A stretch of 64,000 nucleotides of DNA, taken from the NCBI RefSeq assembly GCF_009914755.1, contig NC_060946.1. One strand, written 5' to 3'. The position numbers were made by a program, and so were the translations under genes. Under the pieces are notes generated by a model, which ran no database searches, was not told where the DNA came from, and saw nothing but the letters and a program-made list of their open reading frames with translations. The stretch is from the human T2T-CHM13v2.0 reference genome, Homo sapiens. Shown piece by piece: positions 54,301 to 64,000 of the stretch (position 1 is its first letter; each line of letters starts with the position of its first letter).

Positions 54301-57300
54301 AGGCGTCAAGGCGCTCCAAATGTCCACTTCCAGACTACTACAAAAAGAGTTTTTCAAACCTAGTCTGTGAAAGGGAATATTCAACTCTGTGACTTGAATG
54401 CACATATCACAAAGAAGTTTATGAGAATGCTTCTGTCGAGATTTTATATGAAGATATTCCCGTTTCCAACGAAATCCTGAAATCTATCCAAATATCCCCT
54501 CGCAGATTCTACAAAAAGAGTGTTTCAAAACTGCTCTGTAAAAAGAAAGGTTCAACTCTGTTAGTTGAGTACACACATCACAAACAAGTTTCACAGAATG
54601 CTTCTTTCTAGCTTGTAGGGGAAGATATTCCCTTTATCACCATGGGCCTCAAACCGTCCGAAACGTCCACTTCCATATACTACAAAAAGAGCGTTTCAAA
54701 CCTGCTCTATGAAAGGCAATGTTCAACTCTGTGACTTGAATGCAGACATCACAGAGCAGTTTCTGAGAATGCTTCTGTCTAGATTTTATAGGAAGATATT
54801 CCCGTTTCCAACGAAATCTTCACAGCTATCCAAATATCCACTTGCAGATTCTACAAAAAGAGTGTATCAAAACTGCTCTGTCAAAAGGAAGGTTCTTCTC
54901 TGTTAGGTGAGTGCATACGTCATAAAGGAGTTTCTGAGAATGTTTCAGTCTAGTGTTTATGGGAAGATATTTGCTTTTTCACCGTAGGCCTCAGAGCGCT
55001 CCAAATATCCACTTGCACATACTACAAAAAGAGTGCTTCAAAGCTGCTCTCTGAAACGGAATGTTCAACTCTATGAGTTGAATGCAAACATCACAAAGAC
55101 GTTTCTGAGAATGCTTCTGTCTAGATTTGATATGAAGATATTCCCGTTTCCAACGAAATCTTCAAATCTATCCAAATGTCCACTTGCAGATTCAACAAAA
55201 AGTGTTTTTCAGAACTGCTCTATCAAAAGAAAGATCCACCTCTGTTAGCTGAGTTCACACATCACAAACAAGTTTATGAGAATGCTTCTGTCTAGTTTTT
55301 ATTTGAAGATATTTCCTTTCTCACCATAGACCTGAAAGCTGTCCTAATGTTCACTTCCAGATACTACAGAAAGAGTGTTTCAAAACTGCTGTACGAAAGG
55401 GAATGTTCAACACTGTGACTTGAATGCACACATCACAAAGAAGTTTCTGAGGATGCTGCTGTCTACTTTTTATACGTAATCCCGTTTCCAACGAAATCCT
55501 CCAAGCTATCCAAATATCCACTTGCAGATTCCACAGAAAGACTGTTTCAAAACTGCTCTGTCAATAGAAAGGTTCAACTCTGTTAGCTGCGTGCATATAT
55601 CCCAAAGAAGTTTCTGAGATTACTTCTGTCTAGTTTTTATGGGAAGATATTTCCCTTTTCACCGTAGGCGTCAAGGCGCTCCAAATGTCCACTTCCAGAT
55701 ACTACAAAAAGAGTGTTTCAAACCTACTCTGTGAAAGGGAATATTCAACTCTGTGACTTGAATGCACATATCACAAGAAGTTTCTGAGAATGCTTCTGTC
55801 GAGATTTTATATGAAGATATTCCCGTTTCCAACGAAATCCTGAAATCTATCCAAATATCCCCTCGCAGATTCTACAAAAAGAGTGTTTCAAAACTGCTCT
55901 GTAAAAAGAAAGGTTCAACTCTGTTAGTTGAGTACACACATCACAAACAAGTTTCACAGAATGCTTCTTTCTAGCTTGTAGGGGAAGATATTCCCTTTAT
56001 CACCATGGGCCTCAAACCGTCCGAAACGTCTACTTACATATACTACAAAAAGAGCGTTTCAAACCTGCTCTATGAAAGGCAATGTTCAACTCTGTGACTT
56101 GAATGCAGACATCACAGAGCAGTTTCTGAGAATGCTTCTGTCTAGATTTTATAGGAAGATATTCCCGTTTCCAACGAAATCTTCACAGCTATCCAAATAT
56201 CCACTTGCAGATTCTACAAAAAGAGTGTATCAAAAGTGCTCTGTCAAAAGGAAGGTTCTTCTCTGTTAGGTGAGTGCATACGTCATAAAGGAGTTTCTGA
56301 GAATGTTTCTGTATAGTGGTTATGGGAAGATATTTGCTTTTTCACCGTAGGCCTCAGAGCGCTCCAAATATCCACTTGCACATACTACAAAAAGAGTTCT
56401 TCAAAGCTGCTCTCTGAAACGGAATGTTCAACTCTATGAGTTGAATGCAAACATCACAAAGACGTTTCCGAGAATCCTTCTGTCTAGATTTGATATGAAG
56501 ATATTCCCGTTTCCAACGAAATCTTCAAATCTATCCAAACGTCCACTTGCAGATTCAACAAAACGTGTTTTTCAGAACTGCTCTATCAAAAGAAAGATCC
56601 ACCTCTGTTAGCTGAGTTCACACATCACAAACAAGTTTATGAGAATGCTTCTGTCTAGTTTTTATTTGAAGATATTTCCTTTCTCACCATAGACCTGAAA
56701 GCTGTCTTAATATTCACTTCCAGATACTACAGAAAGAGTGTTTCAAAACTGCTGTACAAAAGGGAATGTTCAACTCTGTGACTTGAATGCACACATCACA
56801 AAGAAGTTTCTGAGGATGCTGCTGTCTACTTTTTATACGTAATCCCGTTTCCAACGAAATCCTCCAAGCTATCCAAATATCCACTTGCAGATTCCACAGA
56901 AAGACTGTTTCAAAACTGCTCTGTCAATAGAAAGGTTGAACTCTGTTAGCTGCGTGCATATATCCCAAAGAAGATTCTGAGATTGCTTCTGTCTAGTTTT
57001 TATGGGAAGATATTTCCCTTTTCACCGTAGGTGTCAAGGGGCTCCAAATGTCCACTTCCAGGTACTACAAAAAGAGTGTTTCAAACCTACTCTGTGAAAG
57101 GGAATATTCAACTCTGTGACTTGAATGCAGATATCACAAAGAAGTTTCTGAGAATGCTTCTGTCGAGATTTTATATGACGATATTCCCGTTTCCAACGAA
57201 ATCCTGAAATCTATCCAAATATCCCCTCGCAGATTCTACAAAAAGAGTGTTTCAAAACTGCTCTGTAAAAAGAAAGTTTCAACTCTGTTAGTTGAGTACA

Positions 57301-60300
57301 CACATCACAAACAAGTTTCACAGAATGCTTCTTTCTAGCTTGTAGGGGAAGATATTCCCTTTATCACCATGGGCCTCAAACAGTCCGAAACGTCCACTTC
57401 CATATACTACAAAAAGAGCGTTTCAAACCTGCTCTAGGAAAGGCAATGTTCAACTCTGTGACTTGAATGCAGACATCACAGAGCAGTTTCTGAGAATGCT
57501 TCTGTCTAGATTTTATAGGAAGATATTCCCGTTTCCAACGAAATCTTCACATCTATCCAAATATCCACTTGCAGATTCTACAAAAAGAGTGTATCAAAAC
57601 TGCTCTGTCAAAAGGAAGGTTCTTCTCTGTTATTTGAGTGCATACGTCATAAAGGAGTTTCTGAGAATGTTTCTGTCTAGTGGTTATGGGAAGATATTTG
57701 CTTTTTCACCGTAGGCCTCAGAGCGCTCCAAATATCCACTTGCACATGCTACAAAAAGAGTGCTTCAAAGCTGCTCTCTGAAACGGAATGTTCAACTCTA
57801 TGAGTTGAATGCAAACATCACAAAGACGTTTCTGAGAATGCTTCTGTCGAGATTTTATATGAAGATATTCCCGTTTCCAACGAAATCTTCAAATCTATCC
57901 AAATGTCCACTTGCAGATTCAACAAAAAGTGTTTTTCAGAACTGCCCTACCAAAAGAAAGATCCACCTCTGTTAGCTGAGTTCACACATCACAAACAAGT
58001 TTATGAGAATGCTTCTGTCTAGTTTTTATTTGAAGATATTTCCTTTCTCACCATAGACCTGAAAGCAGTCCTAATGTTCACTTCCAGATACTACAGAAAG
58101 AGTGTTTCAAAACTGCTGTACGAAAGGGAATGTTCAACACTGTGACTTGAATGCACACATCACAAAGAAGTTTCTGAGGATGCTGCTGTCCACTTTTTAT
58201 ACGTAATCCCGTTTCCAACGAAATCCTCCAAGCTATCCAAATATCCACTTGCAGATTCCACAGAAAGACTGTTTCAAAACTGCTCTGTCAATAGAAAGGT
58301 TCAACTCTGTTAGCTGCGTGCATATATCCCAAAGAAGATTCTGAGATTGCTTCTGTCTAGTTTTTATGGGAAGATATTTCCCTTTTCACCGTAGGCGTCA
58401 AGGCGCTCCAAATGTCTACTTCCAGATACTACAAAAAGAGTGTTTCAAACCTACTCTGTGAAAGGGAGTATTCAACTCTGTGACTTGAATACACATATCA
58501 CAAAGAAGTTTCTGAGAATGCTTCTGTCGAGATTTTATATGAAGATATTCCCGTTTCCAACGAAATCCTGAAATCTATCCAAATATCCCCTCGCAGATTC
58601 TACAAAAAGAGTGTTTCAAAACTGCTCTGTAAAAAGAAAGGTTCAACTCTGTTAGTTGAGTACACACATCACAAACAAGTTTCACAGAATGCTTCTTTCT
58701 AGCTTGTAGGGGAAGATATTCCCTTTATCACCATGGGCCTCAAACCGTCCGAAACGTCTACTTACATATACTACAAAAAGAGCGTTTCAAACCTGCTCTA
58801 TGAAAGGCAATGTTCAACTCTGTGACTTGAATGCAGACATCACAGAGCAGTTTCTGAAGAATGCTTCTGTCTACATTTTATAGGAAGATATTCCCGTTTC
58901 CAACGAAATCTTCACAGCTATCCAAATATCCACTTGCAGATTCTACAAAAAGAGTGTATCAAAACTGCTCTGTCAAAAGGAAGGTTCTTCTCTGTTAGGT
59001 GAGTGCACACGTCATAAAGGAGTTTCTGAGAATGTTTCTGTCTAGTGGTTATGGGAAGATATTTGCTTTTTCACCGTAGGCCTCAGAGCGCTCCAAATAT
59101 CCTCTTGCACATACTACAAAAAGAGTGCTTCAAAGCTGCTCTCTGAAACGGAATGTTCAACTCTATGAGTTGAATGCAAACATCACAAAGACGTTTCTGA
59201 GAATGCTTCTGTCTAGATTTGATATGAAGATATTCCCGTTTCCAACGAAATCTTCAAATCTATCCAAATGTCCACTTGCAGATTCAACAAAAAGTGTTTT
59301 TCAGAACTGCTCTATCAAAAGAAAGATCCACCTCTGTTAGCTGAGTTCACACATCACAAACAAGTTTATGAGAATGCTTCTGTCTAGTTTTTATTTGAAG
59401 ATATTTCCTTTCTCACCATAGACCTGAAAGCTGTCCTAATGTTCACTTCCAGATACTACAGAAAGAGTGTTTCAAAACTGCTGTACGAAAGGGAATGTTC
59501 AACACTGTGACTTGAATGCACACATCACAAAGAAGTTTCTGAGGATGCTGCTGTCTACTTTTTATACGTAATCCCGTTTCCAACGAAATCCTCCAAGCTA
59601 TCCAAATATTCACTTGCAGATTCCACAGAAAGACTGTTTCAAAACTGCTCTGTCAATAGAAAGGTTCAACTCTGTTAGCTGCGTGCATATATCCCAAAGA
59701 AGTTTCTGAGATTACTTCTGTCTAGTTTTTATGGGAAGATATTTCCCTTTTCACCGTAGGCGTCAAGGCGCTCCAAATGTCCACTTCCAGATACTACAAA
59801 AAGAGTGTTTCAAACCTACTCTGTGAAAGGGAGTATTCAACTCTGTGACTTGAATGCAGATATCACAAAGAAGTTTCTGAGAATGCTTCTGTCGAGATTT
59901 TATATGAAGATATTCCCGTTTCCAACGAAATCCTGAAATCTATCCAAATATCCCCTCGCAGATTCTACAAAAAGAGTGTTTCAAAACTGCTCTGTAAAAA
60001 GAAAGGTTCAACTCTGTTAGTTGAGTACACACATCACAAACAAGTTTCACAGAATGCTTCTTTCTAGCTTGTAGGGGAAGATATTCCCTTTATGACCATG
60101 GGCCTCAAACCGTCCGAAACGTCCACTTTTATATACTACAAAAAGAGCGTTTCAAACCTGCTCTATGAAAGGCAATGTTCAACTCTGTGACTTGAATGCA
60201 GACATCACAGAGCAGTTTCTGAGAATGCTTCTGTCTAGATTTTATAGGAAGATATTCCCGTTTCCAACGAAATCTTCACAGCTATCCAAATATCCACTTG

Positions 60301-63300
60301 CAGATTCTACAAAAAGAGTGTATCAAAACTGCTCTGTCAAAAGGAAGGTTCTTCTCTGTTAGGTGAGTGCATACGTCATTAAGGAGTTTCTGAGAATGTT
60401 TCTGTCTAGTGGTTATGGGAAGATATTTGCTTTTTCCCCGTAGGCCTCAGAGCGCTCCAAATATCCACTTGCACATACTACAAAAAGAGTGCTTCAAAGC
60501 TGCTCTCTGAAACGGAATGTTCAACTCTATGAGTTGAATGCAAACATCACAAAGACGTTTCTGAGAATGCTTCTGTCTAGATTTGATATGAAGATATTCC
60601 TTTTTCCAAGGAAATCTTCAAAACTATCCAAATGTCCACTTGCAGATTCAACAAAAAGTGTTTTTCAGAACTGCTCTATCAAAAGAAAGATCCACCGTTG
60701 TTAGCTGAGTTCACACATCACAAACAAGTTTATGAGAATGCTTCTGTCTAGTTTTTATTTGAAGATATTTCCTTTCTCACCATAGACCTGAAAGCTGTCC
60801 TAATGTTCACTTCCAGATACTACAGAAAGAGTGTTTCAAAACTGCTGTACGAAAGGGAATGTTCAACTCTGTGACTTGAATGCACACATCACAAAGAAGT
60901 TTCTGAGGATGCTGCTGTCTACTTTTTATACGTAATCCCGTTTCCAACGAAATCCTCCAAGCTATCCAAATATCCACTTGCAGATTCCACAGAAAGACTG
61001 TTTCTAAACTGCTCTGTCAATAGAAAGGTTCAACTCTGTTAGCTGCGTGCATATATCCCAAAGAAGATTCTGAGATTCCTTCTGTCTAGTTTTTATGGGA
61101 AGATATTTCCCTTTTCACCGTAGGGGTCAAGGCGCTCCAAATGTCCACTTCCAGATACTACAAAAAGAGTGTTTCAAACCTACTCTGTGAAAGGGAATAT
61201 TCAACTCTGTGACTTGAATGCAGATATCACAAGAAGCTTCTGAGAATGCTTCTGTCGAGATTTTATATGAAGATATTCCCGTTTCCAACGGAATCCTGAA
61301 ATCTATCGAAATATCCCCTCGCAGATTCTACAAAAAGAGTGTTTCAAAACTGCTCTGTAAAAAGAAAGTTTCAACTCTGTTAGTTGAGTACACACATCAC
61401 AAACAAGTTTCACAGAATGCTTCTTTCTAGCTTGTAGGGGAAGATATTCCCTTTATCACCATGGTCCTCAAACCGTTCGAAACGTCCTCTTCCATATAGT
61501 ACAAAAAGAGCGTTTCAAACCTGCTCTATGAAAGGCAATGTTCAACTCTGTGACTTGAATGCAGACATCACAGAGCAGTTTCTGAGAATGCTTCTGTCTA
61601 GATTTTATAGGAAGATATTCCCGTTTCCAACGAAATCTTCACAGCTATCCAAATATCCACTTGCAGATTCTACAAAAAGAGTGTATCAAAACTGCTCTGT
61701 CAAAAGGAAGGTTCTTCTCTGTTAGGTGAGTGCATACGTCATAAAGGAGTTTCTGAGAATGTTTCTGTCTAGTGGTTATGGGAAGATATTTGCTTTTTCA
61801 CCGAAGGCCTCAGAGCGCTCCAAATATCCACTTGCACATACTACAAAAAGAGTGCTTCAAAGCTGCTCTCTGAAACGGAATGTTCAACTCTAGGAGTTGA
61901 ATGCAAACATCACAAAGACGTTTCTGAGAATGCTTCTGTCTAGATTTGATATGAAGATATTCCCGTTTCCAACGAAATCTTCAAATCTATCCAAATGTCC
62001 ACTTGCAGATTCAACAAAAAGTGTTTTTCAGAACTGCTCTATCAAAAGAAAGATCCACCTCTGTTAGCTGAGTTCACACATCACAAACAAGTTTATGAGA
62101 ATGCTTCTGTCTAGTTTTTATTTGAAGATATTTCCTTTCTCACCATAGACCTGAAAGCTGTCCTAATGTTCACTTCCAGATACTACAGAAAGAGTGTTTC
62201 AAAACTGCTGTACGAAAGGGAATGTTCAACTCTGTGACTTGAATGCACACATCACAAAGAAGTTTCTGAGGATGCTGCTGTCTACTTTTTATACGTAATC
62301 CCGTTTCCAACGAAATCCTCCAAGCTATCCAAATATCCACTTGCAGATTCCACAGAAAGACTGTTTCAAAACTGCTCTGTCAATAGAAAGGTTCAAATCT
62401 GTTAGCTGCGTGCATATATCCCAAAGAAGATTCTGAGATTCCTTCTGTCTAGTTTTTATGGGAAGATATTTCCCTTTTCATCGTAGGGGTCAAGGCGCTC
62501 CAAATGTCCACTTCCAGATACTACAAAAAGAGTGTTTCAAACCTACTCTGTGAAAGGGAATATTCAACTCTGTGACTTGAATGCAGATATCACAAGAAGT
62601 TTCTGAGAATGCTTCTGTCGAGATTTTATATGAAGATATTCCCGTTTCCAACGAAATCCTGAAATCTATCCAAATATCCCCTCGCAGATTCTACAAAAAG
62701 AGTGTTTCAAAACTGCTCTGTAAAAAGAAAGGTTCAACTCTGTTAGTTGAGTACACACATCACAAACAAGTTTCACAGAATGCTTCTTTCTAGCTTGTAG
62801 GGGAAGATATACCCTTTATCACCATGGTCCTCAAACCGTTCGAAACGTCCTCTTCCATATAGTACAAAAAGAGCGTTTCAAACCTGCTCTATGAAAGGCA
62901 ATGTTCAACTCTGTGACTTGAATGCAGACATCACAGAGCAGTTTCTGAGAATGCTTCTGTCTAGATTTTATAGGAAGATATTCCCGTTTCCAACGAAATC
63001 TTCACAGCTATCCAAATATCCACTTGCAGATTCTACAAAAAGAGTGTATCAAAACTGCTCTGTCAAAAGGAAGGTTCTTCTCTGTTAGGTGAGTGCATAC
63101 GTCATAAAGCAGTTTCTGAGAATGTTTCTGTCTAGTGGTTATGGGAAGATATTTGCTTTTTCCCTATAGGCCTCAGAGCGCTCCAAATATCCACTTGCAC
63201 ATACTACAAAAAGAGTGCTTCAAAGCTGCTCTCTGAAACGGAATGTTCAACTCTATGAGTTGAATGCAAACATCACAAAGACGTTTCTGAGAATGCTTCT

Positions 63301-64000
63301 GTCTAGATTTGATATGAAGATATTCCCGTTTCCAACGAAATCTTCAAATCTATCCAAATGTCCACTTGCAGATTCAACAAAAAGTGTTTTTCAGAACTGC
63401 TCTATCAAAAGAAAGATCCACCTCTGTTAGCTGAGTTCACACATCACAAACAAGTTTATGAGAATGCTTCTGTCTAGTTTTTATTTGAAGATATTTCCTT
63501 TCTCACCATAGACCTGAAAGCTGTCCTAATGTTCACTTCCAGATACTACAGAAAGAGTGTTTCAAAACTGCTGTACGAAAGGGAATGTTCAACTCTGTGA
63601 CTTGAATGCACACATCACAAAGAAGTTTCTGAGGATGCTGCTGTCTACTTTTTATACGTAATCCCGTTTCCAACGAAATCCTCCAAGCTATCCAAATATC
63701 CACTTGCAGATTCCACAGAAAGACTGTTTCAAAACTGCTCTGTCAATAGAAAGGTTCAACTCTGTTAGCTGCGTGCATATAACCCAAAGAAGATTCTGAG
63801 TTTGCTTCTGTCTACTTTTTATGAGAAGTTATTTCCCTTTTCACCGTAGGCGTCAAGGCGCTCCAAATGTCCACTTCCAGACTACTACAAAAAGGGTTTT
63901 TCAAACCTAGTCTGTGAAAGGGAATATTCAACTCTGTGACTTGAATGCACATATCACAAAGAAGTTTCTGAGAATGCTTCTGTCGAGATTTTATATGAAG
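45355..64000. repeat. Tandem duplication of a 9-HOR block (period 12,275 bp); second copy starts ~57630 and runs off the window end
   Basis: Private markers repeat at +12275: gccctaccaaa (45670/57945), +1 insertion ctgaagaatg (~46583/~58858), AAGCTT (48959/61234), aaatctgttag (~50120/~62395), gatataccc and aaaagggttttt. Confidence 0.92.

Larger units (their letters stand above)
155..62891 (-). repeat. 8-mer HOR, period 1364 bp (1362-1365 with small indels), about 47 copies in the window
   Basis: The anchor ctcta(t/g)gaaag(g/t)caatg recurs at 155, 1518, 2882, 4245, 5609, 6973 ... 23337, 24701, 26065 ... 60165, 61528, 62891. CENP-B box spacing 342+338+342+342=1364 fits seven 171-bp monomers plus one 167-bp monomer. 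Confidence 0.98.
1..64000 (-). repeat. Centromeric alpha-satellite higher-order repeat array (~375 monomers of ~171 bp, head-to-tail, single orientation)
   Basis: Alphoid motifs (gttcaactctgtgacttgaatgca, tttctgagaatgcttctgtctag, atccacttgcagattc) recur every ~171 bp from first to last base. The reverse complement gives the conventional alphoid strand with TTTCGTTGGAAACGGGA. Confidence 0.99.
1..64000 (-). other. Probable identity: human SF2 8-mer HOR of chromosomes 14/22 (D14Z9/D22Z1, S2C14/22H1L)
   Basis: 1364-bp 8-mer with alternating box/no-box monomers; one TaqI (tgtcgaga) and two XbaI (tctaga) sites per canonical unit; monomers such as GGAAACGGGATTACGTATAAAAAGTAGACAGCAGCATCC that I recall from acrocentric SF2 HORs. 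The chr13/21 relative is an 11-mer, so it does not fit. Based on recall only; chr14 and chr22 cannot be told apart here. Confidence 0.75.

Noticed and set aside
155-63430. Recurring 65-113 aa ORFs (MKGNVQLCDL..., MLQSCSLKRN..., MQISQE...)
   Set aside because: They are translations of the satellite that recur with the 1364-bp period. They are created or broken freely by SNVs and frameshifts, many use GTG/TTG starts, and they show no domain or gene structure. They were useful only as haplotype markers.
246-63700. CRISPR-like regular recurrence of a 17-bp motif
   Set aside because: The motif is the CENP-B box. The intervening ~325 bp is itself repeated alphoid DNA rather than unique spacers, and there are no cas genes.
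1125-63885. Small indels as sequencing errors
   Set aside because: Most recur in duplicated copies together with linked SNVs (13624/21804, 46583/58858, 3949/48957/61232), so they look real. Singletons at ~1130, ~15303 and ~18731 remain unverified.
1-64000. L1/Alu or other mobile element insertion, or an inversion
   Set aside because: The period never departs from 1364 by more than 2 bp; there are no poly-A tails or foreign sequence, and all boxes lie on one strand.
1-64000. Assignment to chr13/21 D13Z1/D21Z1 or another 8-mer array (chr10, 12, 18, 20)
   Set aside because: The canonical chr13/21 HOR is an 11-mer (~1.87 kb). The other 8-mers fit my recollection of the monomer sequence less well, but only an HMM or BLAST search can exclude them.
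1-64000. A previously undescribed gene-encoded biological system
   Set aside because: Nothing in the window is non-satellite. The observable novelty is limited to repeat-evolution structure of a known general kind.

Overview
The whole 64-kb window is one uninterrupted primate (most likely human) centromeric alpha-satellite array. It reads on the minus strand relative to the conventional orientation. It holds about 47 copies of a 1364-bp 8-monomer higher-order repeat (HOR), with a CENP-B box in every second ~171-bp monomer (box spacing 342/338/342/342 bp). The length, dimeric structure and sequence best fit the suprachromosomal-family-2 8-mer shared by chromosomes 14 and 22 (D14Z9/D22Z1); this is from recognition, not a search. 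I see no genes, transposon insertions, inversions or monomer-number variants, and all listed ORFs are chance products of the repeat. I found no novel gene-encoded system. The real hidden structure is in shared SNVs and indels between HOR copies: a 12,275-bp (9-HOR) tandem duplication, 2-HOR and 3-HOR super-periods, an indel-free central block, flanks 45 kb apart that share rare variants, a dispersed copied tract, apparent between-monomer micro-conversions and stepwise CENP-B box decay. All comparisons were made by eye, so variant lists may be incomplete.
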